Shown here: positions 9,770 through 19,974 of the stretch, one piece after another
Position numbering within the stretch: position 1 is the first letter of the stretch
How the letters are laid out: the number at the start of each line of letters is the position of its first letter
From: Candidatus Zixiibacteriota bacterium
GTDB taxonomy: Bacteria; Zixibacteria; MSB-5A5; UBA10806; 4484-95
Length of the DNA: 64,000 bases
Reading direction: 5' to 3'
Assembly: GCA_037441845.1 (NCBI GenBank)
Contig: JBBIRK010000001.1
Location: 529,284 to 593,283, forward strand
Notes under the pieces: model-generated
Databases searched by the model: none
Told to the model about the DNA's origin: nothing
The model's input: the letters and a program-made list of their open reading frames with translations, nothing else
Made by a program: the position numbers and the translations under genes

Positions 9770-10792
9770 ATGAAAGCCGTTTTCTTGACAAAATCCGGAG
9801 GACCGGACACGGTAGAGGTTCGAGAGACCCCGATGCCAAGGATCGAAAGCGATAAAACACTGGTTCGGGTGATCGCCTCGGGCTTGAATTTCGCCGATAT
9901 CGTCATTCGGGGCGGCCTTTATCCGGATGCCCCACGCTTTCCATTCATCGCCGGTTACGAATTCGGCGGCATAGTCGATACTCCGGGTAGGTCAAGTCGT
10001 TTCGTCGAAGGCGACCGAGTTTTGGGCGTGACCTATTTCGGCGCCCAGGCCGAATATGTGCTTGCGGACGACAGCCAGCTGTTTTCGATGCCAGAAGCGA
10101 TGAGTTTCGAGGAAGCGGCCGCACTGCCGGTGAATTATCTGACCGCTTTCTTCGCCCTGTTTCGTTTGGGAAATCTGCGGTATGGAGAGTCGGTGCTGAT
10201 TCATTCCTGCGCCGGCGGCGTGGGCACCGCGGCGGTGCAATTGGCTCATACGAAAAAGGCGGTAATATTCGGAACCACTTCCGCGCCCCACAAAATCGCA
10301 TATCTCCAATCCATAGGCGTTCAGCATCCGATAAATTATAAAAAGACCGACTTCGCGAAAGAAGTCACGGCTGTCGCCGGCCGCAATGGAATCGACATGG
10401 TGCTTGACCCGATCGGTGGGAAAGTGTTCCGCAAAAGTATCGCGCTGCTGGCCAAAGGCGGAAGAATTATCTGTTACGGCGTAACCGATCTGGTTGCAGG
10501 CGGGAAAAGAAATCTACCGAAAGTGCTATGGAAATACCTGAATCTCCCCCGAATCAAGGTGCTCGATCTCATACAAAACAACCGTGGAGTTTTCGGGCTG
10601 GCGCTCAATAGATTGGTGAACGAGATGAGCTTGATAGCGGAGCCGTTGCGTGAGCTGATAAGTTTATACGCGCAGGGGATTATCAAACCGAATATCGGCG
10701 CCGTTTTTCAAGCGGAAAAGGCAAGTGAAGCCCATCGCCTGCTGGAATCGGGAAAGAGTACGGGGAAAATAATACTGAGTTTCGCTAATTAA
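9770..10792 (+). CDS. MDR-superfamily NADPH:quinone oxidoreductase-like protein (VAT-1-like)
   Basis: GLNFAD...GLYP, GYEFGG, PVNYLTA, VLIHSCAGGVGTAAVQ, GKIIL. Confidence 0.88.
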   Translation: MKAVFLTKSGGPDTVEVRETPMPRIESDKTLVRVIASGLNFADIVIRGGLYPDAPRFPFIAGYEFGGIVDTPGRSSRFVEGDRVLGVTYFGAQAEYVLADDSQLFSMPEAMSFEEAAALPVNYLTAFFALFRLGNLRYGESVLIHSCAGGVGTAAVQLAHTKKAVIFGTTSAPHKIAYLQSIGVQHPINYKKTDFAKEVTAVAGRNGIDMVLDPIGGKVFRKSIALLAKGGRIICYGVTDLVAGGKRNLPKVLWKYLNLPRIKVLDLIQNNRGVFGLALNRLVNEMSLIAEPLRELISLYAQGIIKPNIGAVFQAEKASEAHRLLESGKSTGKIILSFAN

Positions 10793-10813
10793 TCAAATGA
10801 AGGAGCAATAAAG

Positions 10814-11530
10814 ATGAAAGAAATAACTATCGAGGCCGACTCCCGGGTTGGATCCGGCAAGGGAGTGGCGCGCAAATTAAGGATGGCTAAAAAAATTCCG
10901 GCTGTGGTTTACGGCCGGGGAGATGAGCCGCAGGCGCTCGCAATAGATTACGCCGGGTTTCATAAGGTGTATCATTCCCTTCACGGCGAAAACGCTATCA
11001 TAAACCTTCAGATCGACGGTAAAGCGAGCGATAAGAAGGCGTTGATCCGCGATATCCAGTACGACCCGGTCGATGGCAACATCATGCATATCGATTTCCA
11101 GCGCATATCCATGGACCAGAAGATCAGGCTGAATGTCGCTGTAAGACTTGTGGGCACCGCCATCGGGGTGAAAGCCTCCGGCGGAATTCTGCAATGGAGT
11201 ATCAGGGATCTCGAAGTTTCATGCCTGCCTGCAAACATACCCGAGGCCATCGAAATCAATATCGAATCGCTCGATATTCACGACTCGATCAAGGTAAAAG
11301 ACCTGAATGTCCCCAACATCGAATTTCTCGACGATCCCGAGGAAACGATAGTCAATGTCGTTCCGCCCGCACTGGTGAAAGAAGAAGCGCCGGCTGCGGT
11401 CGAGGGCGAGGCGGCGGCGGCACCGGCCGAGACCAAGCCTGAAGAACCGGCCGAGCCGGAGGTCATTTCGGAGAAGAAAGCCGAAGAGCGGCGAGCCGAA
11501 AAGGAAAAAGCGAAGAAATCCGAAAAGTAA
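10814..11530 (+). CDS. rplY: 50S ribosomal protein L25 / general stress protein Ctc
   Basis: GKGVARKLR..KIPAVVYG, HIDFQR, VSCLPANIPE, acidic Ala-rich tail, RBS AAGGAG. Confidence 0.96.
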   Translation: MKEITIEADSRVGSGKGVARKLRMAKKIPAVVYGRGDEPQALAIDYAGFHKVYHSLHGENAIINLQIDGKASDKKALIRDIQYDPVDGNIMHIDFQRISMDQKIRLNVAVRLVGTAIGVKASGGILQWSIRDLEVSCLPANIPEAIEINIESLDIHDSIKVKDLNVPNIEFLDDPEETIVNVVPPALVKEEAPAAVEGEAAAAPAETKPEEPAEPEVISEKKAEERRAEKEKAKKSEK

Positions 11531-11744
11531 CTCTGCCGACGGGCGGAAATCGGGCGCAATCTGCGATCACCCGATTGCCGCCCCGGAACGCGGGGGGAAT
11601 GAGCCCAACGAGTAATTCATATACGAATTATCAGTATAGATGGGCTGTTCCGTGGGAATGCAGCCTGATAAAGAGTGATTTTTTCCCCAGGTCGGGCGAC
11701 GCCGTCTTAACGGCGGAAAAATCAAAAAACCGGGACAAAAAACC

Positions 11745-14312
11745 ATGAAAAAACTATGGGCCATTATCGGTGGGGCGATTCTGTTCTTGTTGATCGCCGT
11801 CATTGTTCTGCCGACCTTTTTCGACAAAAAGGTGGCCGCGATTATCGAAGACAAGGCGAATCAGCTGTTGAACGCGCAAGTCGAGGTAGGCGATGTCGAT
11901 CTGAGCCTTTTGACCACGTTTCCCAATCTTACCGCGAAGATAGACGGCCTGCATATAATAAATCGGATTCCATTCGAGGGCGATACGCTTGCCGCTATCG
12001 ACAGGATCAGCCTTTCCGTGGATCTGACCAAGCTGATTTTCGGCGGCGAAGTCAGAATTCAATCGTTAAAAGTGGAATCACCGAGGCTGCTTCTGGTTGC
12101 TTTGAAAGACGGGTCCGCCAACTGGGATATTTTCCCGAAAGAACCGGCGGCGAAGGCGACCGAATCGCAGGATCAAAAGATGCTCGATCTGGCCTTGAAA
12201 AAATACGAAATCACGCGAGGCTCGATAAAGTATTACGATGAAAAAAGCGGCCTGCTCGCGGACATTCGCGACCTGAACCATGGCGGCAAAGGTGATTTTT
12301 CGAAAAAAGTGTTCACTTTGACCACTTCCACGACCGCCACGGTCGCGACGTTGAAAAGCGGCGCCATGACCCTCCTGAAAGACGCCGGATTAGACCTGAA
12401 GTCGAATATCGGCATAGACCTGAATCGGGCGAGATACGATATCAAGGAATGCCGGCTCAAAATCAACGAAATGGCCTTGTCATTGAACGGCTGGCTGGAG
12501 AGCGCGGGGCGGGATTTGAACATGGAAATAGCTCTTGACGCCCCCGGAATCGAATTCCGTGATCTGATTTCGATGCTGCCGCAAATCGGCAACGCCGATC
12601 TGGCGGATCTTGAGGCCAACGGAAATGTCGGCTTTTCCGGCAAATTCGTCGGTATTTACAATCAGGAGCGATTGCCGGCGATAGATTTGCAGGTTTCGGT
12701 CGATAACGGCTCCTTCAGATTCCGTCGGCGCCAGGTTTCCGTCGATGACGTCGCGGTCGATTTGAAAATCAGCAACCCTGGAGGGATATTCGACGCCACC
12801 ACGATCGACCTGCGCCGCCTGCATTTCTCCATCCTCGGCAAGCCGGTCGAAATGCGCCTGATGGTCAAGACGCCGGTTTCCGATCCCTACCTCGACGGCT
12901 TGATTTCAGGAGGCATTGATCTGGCCCGGGTGCGGCAGGTGCTCCCCTCAGCCGATAGCCTGAATATCTCGGGAACCATCCAGAGCGATCTTAATTTCCG
13001 CGGAAATTTATCGGCGATCGAAAATCGCCGTTTCGACCGCTTTTTCGCCTCCGGCTCATTGGCTGTCGACAGTCTGCGCTACCAGGGAGGCGACTTACCG
13101 GAGCCGATCTCCGTCAACACCGCCCGTTTGAATTTCCGGCCCCAGGCGGCTGAGCTCAAGCGGTTCGATATGCGTATCGGCGCCAGCGATATCCAAGCCG
13201 AGGGATCTCTGGAGAACATCTTCGGCTATCTTTTCGGCGGCCGAACTCTGAGCGGGAATCTGGATGTTAAGTCTAATGTACTTGACTTGAACCCGTTTCT
13301 GAAACAGGAGGGAGGAGCGATCGCCGCAGTTGAACTGCCGGATAAAATCGAGTTCACCATGAGCGGCCTGTTCAAGCGGATTTACATTACGAATCAGGTC
13401 ATAGATAATCTACAGGGGCGACTCACCCTGAAAAACCGCACCCTCTACCTCGAAAATCTGAGCGGCGGTTTCCTCGAGGGGGCTATCGAATGCCGTGGAA
13501 CTTACAAATTCGTCCGCCCGGAGAAGCCGAAAATCGATCTCGATCTCAAGCTTTCCGATATGAGCATCCCGGCCATGTTTCGCTCCGTTACCACCGTCAA
13601 GGCCCTGGCCCCGATCGCCGGCTATATGACCGGCAGTCTCAGCGGCGGATTGAAACTTTCATCGGAGCTGGGCGATTCGCTTGCTCCCGAGTTGGGAACG
13701 CTTTCCGCGATCGGGTCGCTGCGGATACCCAGAGCGGCTATGGAGGGATTTCCACCGCTGGCAAAAATCGCCGACCATTTGAAAATGGAAAAATTACGCA
13801 ATCCCACACTCACCAATTTCGCTCCGGATATTTCGATCGAAAACGGCAGGCTCTATTTTAAGCCGGTCAATGTAGAACTTGGAGGTTACCAGATTGTCGC
13901 CTCGGGATCGAACGGCATCGATAAAACCATAGACTATTCGCTAAAGCTGCATGTCCCGGCCGGGGAAGTCTCTCGAGACGGCGGTTCACCAATCGCCAAG
14001 ATGCTGAAGACGGGCGTGGAACTGCTTCCCGATCAGACCGTGGTGGTCGATATCGGTGTGAGGGGGAAGATCGACGATCCGGGCGTCAGCACTTCGGTCG
14101 CCGACGTGTTGAAAGGAACCGCGGCTCAAATCAAGCAGGAAGCTCTCCGGCAGGTAGAACAGCAGAAGCAGCATCTCGAACAACAGGCGCAACAACAGCT
14201 GCAGGAATCCAAGCAAACGGTAGAGGACAGCCTGAAAAAAGAATTGGAGCGTAAAGCGAAACAGGAACAGGACAAGCTCAAGGATAAACTAAAAGGACTG
14301 TTCGGCAAATAA
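11745..14312 (+). CDS. AsmA-family (bridge-like lipid transfer) protein
   Basis: N-terminal TM anchor, 'GDVDLSLL..FPNL...DGSANWDI', long amphipathic beta repeats, C-terminal coiled coil ending LKGLFGK. Confidence 0.85.
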   Translation: MKKLWAIIGGAILFLLIAVIVLPTFFDKKVAAIIEDKANQLLNAQVEVGDVDLSLLTTFPNLTAKIDGLHIINRIPFEGDTLAAIDRISLSVDLTKLIFGGEVRIQSLKVESPRLLLVALKDGSANWDIFPKEPAAKATESQDQKMLDLALKKYEITRGSIKYYDEKSGLLADIRDLNHGGKGDFSKKVFTLTTSTTATVATLKSGAMTLLKDAGLDLKSNIGIDLNRARYDIKECRLKINEMALSLNGWLESAGRDLNMEIALDAPGIEFRDLISMLPQIGNADLADLEANGNVGFSGKFVGIYNQERLPAIDLQVSVDNGSFRFRRRQVSVDDVAVDLKISNPGGIFDATTIDLRRLHFSILGKPVEMRLMVKTPVSDPYLDGLISGGIDLARVRQVLPSADSLNISGTIQSDLNFRGNLSAIENRRFDRFFASGSLAVDSLRYQGGDLPEPISVNTARLNFRPQAAELKRFDMRIGASDIQAEGSLENIFGYLFGGRTLSGNLDVKSNVLDLNPFLKQEGGAIAAVELPDKIEFTMSGLFKRIYITNQVIDNLQGRLTLKNRTLYLENLSGGFLEGAIECRGTYKFVRPEKPKIDLDLKLSDMSIPAMFRSVTTVKALAPIAGYMTGSLSGGLKLSSELGDSLAPELGTLSAIGSLRIPRAAMEGFPPLAKIADHLKMEKLRNPTLTNFAPDISIENGRLYFKPVNVELGGYQIVASGSNGIDKTIDYSLKLHVPAGEVSRDGGSPIAKMLKTGVELLPDQTVVVDIGVRGKIDDPGVSTSVADVLKGTAAQIKQEALRQVEQQKQHLEQQAQQQLQESKQTVEDSLKKELERKAKQEQDKLKDKLKGLFGK

Positions 14313-14344
14313 AATCCAAGCTATGCGGCGATTCGAATAATTAC

Positions 14345-14386
14345 GGGTCTGGCATGCCCCCCGGTCGTGCCAGACCCTTATTTTTC
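14345..14386. terminator. Intrinsic terminator between convergent genes
   Basis: GGGTCTGGCATG...CGTGCCAGACCC hairpin followed by TTATTTTT. Confidence 0.75.
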
Positions 14387-14407
14387 TGTGCAACCTCCTC
14401 CGTATAA

Positions 14408-16606
14408 TCAGTCACCCGGGAAAAGCAGCCTTAATTGCCCCTCGGAAAGCGTTTCCTCGCCCGAATCATCTATCTGTACTATTCGGCCGCCGATTTTCAG
14501 CCTGACCTGTTCCCCGAGCGATAAATACCTTCCGAGTTCGGGGTCTCTTTCGAGAATCTGGAAATAAGCGCGGGAGAAACGCCTTATTTTGATATCGTAT
14601 TGGTCGCCCGTCAAATCGCCCTGCACCCAGAGTCGTCCCCGTTGGAAAAATCCTCGGGCTCCGATCCGTCGAAGATCGTCGATTTTCCTTATGCCTCCAT
14701 TTGTTTCAATAGCGGCGTCGGAGGTGACCTGTTCGAGCGCCTTCATTTCCTGCGTTTTTTTCGATCTGGCAACCGAGCCGCGTCCGACGTTTTCGGCCAG
14801 CATTCGATTCATCTCGTCTTTCACCCTGCCGCCGATAACCGGCGCCGGCAAAGCCTGATATTCCTCGGCCCGCAGATTCTCATCGCCGGTTATCAAAAAC
14901 GACGTATATTCGGTCACTATTCCGTACTTTTTCGAAAGTTCGATTATCTCCGTCACCAGCTCCGATGTCGATCCGTGGAGCTTGATCTGCTCGAGCAGAT
15001 AAGCTATCCGCCTGTTGGCCCAGATAAGCGGTATGAAATCCCCTCCTGCTGATCGCTTCTCGAATACGACCTCATAATCGTATCTGACTTTGTTGTCGCC
15101 CCTGTTGCCGTTCAGCGTAACCGTCCCCTTACCATCTCCGGTGTATCGCCCCGCGATGATAATTTCGGAACCATAGAATAAATCGGGCAGCGGCTGAGGA
15201 TAGACGAGGTCGACTTTGACTCCGGAAAACCTCAGCTCGAGATCGGTCAACGCCGGCTCGCTGATTTTGGCCGCCAGAAGCGATATCTCGGATTCGATAT
15301 CTTCCTCCGGCAAGACATACCCGGCAACCCCCTTATTTTCCTCGGCCAGCCGATCCAGTAAATAAGTGTTGACATCGTGGCCGACCCCGAAAACGAACAG
15401 CCGGGCGCGGCCGCTATTCCACTTGGCGGTATTGTCGGCTATCCTGCCTATATCGGTTTCGCCCACCGTCGGCAAACCATCGGTCAAAAACATGATATAT
15501 GTAGGCCCGTCGCCTTCGCTTATCATGGCGCAAGCATCCTTCAAAGCTTCATTTATATTGGTTCCGCCGCCGGCTTCGATCGTATTGATGAATTCAATCG
15601 CGGCTGCGACATTTCGGCTGTTCGCCGCCACCAGCGCCAACTTGAAATGACGCACCACGTCGTCGTAATCGATAAGGCCGAATTTATCCTCGGGATGCAG
15701 GCCGTTTAATACATACCGAAGCGCCGCGAGGGCTTGTTTAAGCTTTTGCCCGCGCATGCTTCCCGATGAGTCGAGCACGAATATAAGGTTTTTCCGAATG
15801 ACTTCCGCGTTCCTGTCCGCACCCGGCGATAGAATCCCCAGAAAATGGCCGGTTGACGAACCTTTTTCTTTGCAGCTCATCAAGTGGAATCCGAAATCGC
15901 TGTTCGAACGGGCGAAGAATAGTTTGAAATCTCTATCGGGCCGGGTGTCGACCTCGCTGTAGAGGACCGATGCCGCTTTCTGTCCGTTGCGCGAGATTTC
16001 CACTTTATGGCTGGGGCTGTAGATCGTCCCGATATTTTCGAACGAGGCGAGATCGACCCTTATGCGGCAGTCCTGCAGATCGGCGCCTGAGAATTTTTCC
16101 GTATTAAGAGGATAAGTGTATTCGACCAGGCCGTTTTCGCCTTTCAATGTTTGCTCGTATTCCACCGCGATTCTGACCTCGCCGTGGGCGGCTATGGGGA
16201 AAATGCGCACCCGATACATGCCGCGGCCGAAATATTCGAGCAGCGCCGGATCTTTTCTCTGCCTGACTATGTCTTCGTAAATTCTGCGAGCTGCGGCCGC
16301 GTCAAGCAATTCCGCCTCGAGCTTGCGGCCGCCCAGCCAGGCGACGAAACGGCTGACCGCCGCCCCCTCGGGCAGAGGAAATATGTAATCGGCCTCGATT
16401 TCACGGGCATACGGATTGACGAACACTTGGTCGATTCTGGTCACCGCCGCCGGGTCGTCGATTTCGACATCGACATGATGATACTTGACGTTGGTGTATG
16501 GATTCGGCGGAAGCGTCGGTGCCGGTCGGGGAATCAAGATTCCGTCGGCGGCAGCCTGCGTAAATGCGGCCACGACCCAAAGTCCGATAAGTACAGTTTT
16601 TTTCAC
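14408..16606 (-). CDS. Secreted VIT + von Willebrand A domain protein (inter-alpha-trypsin inhibitor-like)
   Basis: IEADYIFPLPEGA...RKDPALLEY (VIT), DSSGSM MIDAS, FLTDGLPTVG, FVFGVGHDVN, YGIVTEYTSFL. Confidence 0.92.
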   Translation of the reverse strand: MKKTVLIGLWVVAAFTQAAADGILIPRPAPTLPPNPYTNVKYHHVDVEIDDPAAVTRIDQVFVNPYAREIEADYIFPLPEGAAVSRFVAWLGGRKLEAELLDAAAARRIYEDIVRQRKDPALLEYFGRGMYRVRIFPIAAHGEVRIAVEYEQTLKGENGLVEYTYPLNTEKFSGADLQDCRIRVDLASFENIGTIYSPSHKVEISRNGQKAASVLYSEVDTRPDRDFKLFFARSNSDFGFHLMSCKEKGSSTGHFLGILSPGADRNAEVIRKNLIFVLDSSGSMRGQKLKQALAALRYVLNGLHPEDKFGLIDYDDVVRHFKLALVAANSRNVAAAIEFINTIEAGGGTNINEALKDACAMISEGDGPTYIMFLTDGLPTVGETDIGRIADNTAKWNSGRARLFVFGVGHDVNTYLLDRLAEENKGVAGYVLPEEDIESEISLLAAKISEPALTDLELRFSGVKVDLVYPQPLPDLFYGSEIIIAGRYTGDGKGTVTLNGNRGDNKVRYDYEVVFEKRSAGGDFIPLIWANRRIAYLLEQIKLHGSTSELVTEIIELSKKYGIVTEYTSFLITGDENLRAEEYQALPAPVIGGRVKDEMNRMLAENVGRGSVARSKKTQEMKALEQVTSDAAIETNGGIRKIDDLRRIGARGFFQRGRLWVQGDLTGDQYDIKIRRFSRAYFQILERDPELGRYLSLGEQVRLKIGGRIVQIDDSGEETLSEGQLRLLFPGD

Positions 16607-16755
16607 GGAACCTCCTTCGTTGGAAAAGTGCTTTCTCTTTTTCCCGTAATACGAATTTGGCGGTCCGGTTATTCCCTACTATTCGATTGCTTTCGAGCCG
16701 ATCGCCGTCTATATTGGGGCAAGTTCAAACGCCACTAATAAATCCGAGGTGAAAA

Positions 16756-17259
16756 ATGTTTCGTTCCATCGGCGATTTCAGGAAGGCTTGGGAGGTCAAT
16801 TCCGACAACACGCTTAAAATTCTGGGAGCGCTGACCGATTCATCGCTGAGCCAGGCGGTGGCCAAGGATCATCGCACGATTAGCCGTATCAGCTGGCATA
16901 TCGTCACCACCATACCGGAGATGATGGAGAAGCTGGGGCTCAAGTTCGAGAAGGTCAAGGCGGACTCACCGCCGCCGGATCGGGCATCGGATATCAAGGC
17001 GGCATACGAGCACGTGTCAAAGGCGGTTATCGATCAGATCGCCGGCGGTTGGAACAATGCCAACCTGGAAATCGTCGATGACTTATACGGCCAGAAATGG
17101 GTGCGTGGGTTGAGCCTGAGAATACTGATCGACCACGAGATTCACCATCGCGGCCAGCTTACCGTTCTTATGCGGCAGGCGGGATTGGCCGTGCCGGGCG
17201 TTTTCGGTCCGGCGCTCGAGGAATGGTCCCAATACGGCATGAAGCCGCCGGAGATTTGA
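16756..17259 (+). CDS. DinB family protein
   Basis: RTISRISWHI...HEIHHRGQLTVLMRQAG..VPGVFGP His triad, RBS GAGGTG. Confidence 0.92.
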   Translation: MFRSIGDFRKAWEVNSDNTLKILGALTDSSLSQAVAKDHRTISRISWHIVTTIPEMMEKLGLKFEKVKADSPPPDRASDIKAAYEHVSKAVIDQIAGGWNNANLEIVDDLYGQKWVRGLSLRILIDHEIHHRGQLTVLMRQAGLAVPGVFGPALEEWSQYGMKPPEI

Positions 17260-17378
17260 TCGATTCCGGGGAAACTTGGCGGCCGCGATTGGTTGAATAC
17301 CTGGGCGGCCTTAGACAACGAGAAAATGGGCGCCGATCGGCGCCCACGTCGCCTTCATTAGACCCGGGTATGACAATC

Positions 17379-18644
17379 TCAGTGCCTGAAAAAGATAAAT
17401 GTTATAAGAGCGTACACCGGCAGCAGAATCAATACCGAATACGCCATATAGCCGAAAAAGTGCGGCACTTTAACTTTCTGCTCCTCGGCGATCGATTTCA
17501 CCATGAAGTTCGGCCCGTTGCCGATATAGCTGTTTGCTCCCATGAAAACAGCTCCGCAGCTTATCGCTTTCAACAACCCCACCTCGACTCCGGCCACGGC
17601 ATGGGCGCCAGCATGCAATCCTTCGGTAACCCCCTGGGCAAGCGAGAAAAATGTCAGGTAGGTCGGGGCATTATCGAGAAACGAACTGAGGCTGCCGGTA
17701 AGCCAGAAAAACTGCCATGGTTGAGTTATGCCGAACTCGGCTCCTTTCAAGCGCAGAATCATGAGCAACGGCACCATGGTAATGAATATGCCGATGAACA
17801 GCACCGCCACCTCTATAATGGGATGATAGGTGAATCTGTTTCTTTTACGCAGATCAGTCGAGGTGAAAACCAGCGAAAGAACGGTCATGGCGATCATGAT
17901 AAGCTCCCGCCAGCCCGCCGGCGCCTGCAAAGCTATCGCCGCGATAACGCCGAGCAGGAAAAGGAAATTCCATTTCCCCTCGATCCCGATTTTGAAAACA
18001 TGAACCTTGTCCCATAAGATATCCTCGGGCGCTTCCCGCCGAAATGCCGAACGATCTATCAAATAGAATATGAACAAGACGATTCCGATGGTGATGATCC
18101 ATTCGGGAAACAGATTGAAAGTCCAATGAAAAGGAACCCCTTTCAGATAACCCAGAAAAAGGGGCGGGTCGCCCAACGGCGTCAGGCAGCCGCCGATATT
18201 GGAAACCGTGAAAATGAAAAATACCGGAATATGCCCCGTATTTTTCCGTTCGCTGATCGTCCGCAACAAGGGGCGAATCAGCACAATGCTGGCTCCGGTG
18301 GTTCCGATAAAATTCGCCAGCACCACCCCGACGGCCAGAAAAGCCACTATGATGCCCGGTGTGGCCCGAACGTCGCCGGTCATCAAAATCCCCCCGGAAA
18401 TGATGAACAACGATGCCAGCAGCACGATAAACGAAACGTAATCTTTAAGCGTATGTATCAGTTCATGGGGATGACTGCCGATCAGGTAAATCAATATGGG
18501 AACGCTGACAAGCCCCGCCAGAACCGCCTTATTGCGATTTTTTTCCCAGAAATGAGGGAACGACAAAGGCATCAAGGCGATCAGCAACAGCAACACCACG
18601 AACGGCACCCCCGCATACCAAGGTACAGATTCAGCGGCGTGCAT
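17379..18644 (-). CDS. Putative sodium:proton antiporter (ion-transporter superfamily)
   Basis: Polytopic membrane protein with NFIGTTGAS, NIGGCLTPLGDPPLFLG, SSFLDNAPTY and YIGNGPNFMVK motifs. Confidence 0.88.
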   Translation of the reverse strand: MHAAESVPWYAGVPFVVLLLLIALMPLSFPHFWEKNRNKAVLAGLVSVPILIYLIGSHPHELIHTLKDYVSFIVLLASLFIISGGILMTGDVRATPGIIVAFLAVGVVLANFIGTTGASIVLIRPLLRTISERKNTGHIPVFFIFTVSNIGGCLTPLGDPPLFLGYLKGVPFHWTFNLFPEWIITIGIVLFIFYLIDRSAFRREAPEDILWDKVHVFKIGIEGKWNFLFLLGVIAAIALQAPAGWRELIMIAMTVLSLVFTSTDLRKRNRFTYHPIIEVAVLFIGIFITMVPLLMILRLKGAEFGITQPWQFFWLTGSLSSFLDNAPTYLTFFSLAQGVTEGLHAGAHAVAGVEVGLLKAISCGAVFMGANSYIGNGPNFMVKSIAEEQKVKVPHFFGYMAYSVLILLPVYALITFIFFRH

Positions 18645-18713
18645 TTTTCCACCTGCTCATTCTCGGGTTCCTCCGCGATTCGACTCGGATCTCACAAGCC
18701 ATAAAGATTAAAT

Positions 18714-18742
18714 ATAATAAGAACCACCTGCCGCTCTGTCAA
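18714..18742 (-). promoter_or_regulatory. Putative sigma70 promoter of the antiporter
   Basis: Minus strand TTGACA-N17-TATTAT. Confidence 0.6.
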
Positions 18743-18772
18743 GAACCGCCGGATAAGAACATGGGATTTCTC

Positions 18773-19912
18773 TTATTTATTTTTTTCCTCGAGGATTCTG
18801 ACGATGATCTCATCGCAAACGAACAGCCCCTCCCGGCTTAATTTCAGTCGTCCGTCGTCCGTCAATTGTATCAGCCCCCGATCGGCCATATCCCTCACCT
18901 CGACGACATCGATCACCTGCTCGATTTCCGCATAAGATACTCCTTCGGCTAAACGCAATCCCAACATCACTCCCTCTTTGGCGCGCAGCGTCTGATCGAT
19001 CTCCTCGACGTGTTCGATAGGCAACTTTCCCGATTCGATATCGGCGCAGTATCCGGCTATATCGGCCGTATTGCTCCAGCGTTTGGATTCCACGTATGAA
19101 TGCGCACTTGGCCCAAAACCCAAATAGGGCAGGCCCCGCCAGTATTTTAGATTATGGCGTGATTCTCGACCGGGTCGGGCGAAGTTGGAGATTTCATATC
19201 GACGCAACGGGCTTGTTTCGACCATATCGAGAAGAATACTGTAGAAACCGGCTTGCAACGATTCATCGGGAATCTCGATAAGACCGGATTCGACCCGCGT
19301 TTGCATAGGCGTTCCGCCCTCGAGCGTCAGACAATAAGCCGAAAGATGCGACGGCTCGAACGCCAAAGCGGTTTCCAGCGTTTTTTTCCACGAGGAGAAT
19401 GTCTGATCCGGAATACCGTAGATGAGATCAAGGCTTAAATCGGCGAATCCGGCCCGCTTCGTCTGGTCTATAGCTGCCATAGCCCGGCCGGCGTCGTGGA
19501 TACGGCCGAGCCGCCTCAATTCAGCGTCGCAAAAGGATTGCACCCCTATCGAAAGCCGGTTGACTCCGCAATCTCGGTAGGCACGTAATTTGGGCAAGTC
19601 GCTCGACTCGGGATTGCATTCGACCGTTATTTCAGCGTCGCTCTCGAGATCAAAGTTCTTTCTGATCGCGTCAATAACAGCGGCCAGAGCCGCCGGTTCC
19701 GCCAGCGAAGGCGTCCCGCCGCCGATAAAAATCGTATCCACCTTCGCTTTTCCCCGGGATATTGCGGACAACTCGATTTCTTTAAGCAAAGCTTCGTGGA
19801 ACTTCGCCGCCCAGAACGAACCGTCGGTCACCGAGTAAAAATCGCAGTAGGGACATTTGGATCGGCAGAACGGAAAATGGATGTAAATTCCTGCGGCGGG
19901 CATGACGGCCAC
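18773..19912 (-). CDS. hemW: Radical SAM heme chaperone HemW
   Basis: YIHFPFCRSKCPYCDF, IGGGTPS, YEISNFA and HNLKYW. The start may be the ATG at 19903. Confidence 0.9.
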   Translation of the reverse strand: MAVMPAAGIYIHFPFCRSKCPYCDFYSVTDGSFWAAKFHEALLKEIELSAISRGKAKVDTIFIGGGTPSLAEPAALAAVIDAIRKNFDLESDAEITVECNPESSDLPKLRAYRDCGVNRLSIGVQSFCDAELRRLGRIHDAGRAMAAIDQTKRAGFADLSLDLIYGIPDQTFSSWKKTLETALAFEPSHLSAYCLTLEGGTPMQTRVESGLIEIPDESLQAGFYSILLDMVETSPLRRYEISNFARPGRESRHNLKYWRGLPYLGFGPSAHSYVESKRWSNTADIAGYCADIESGKLPIEHVEEIDQTLRAKEGVMLGLRLAEGVSYAEIEQVIDVVEVRDMADRGLIQLTDDGRLKLSREGLFVCDEIIVRILEEKNK

Positions 19913-19974
19913 AGGATAAATAAAATTTAACTTATAGGCAAGTGGTGTCGGGATTAAATCAAGCGTTCAAGACT

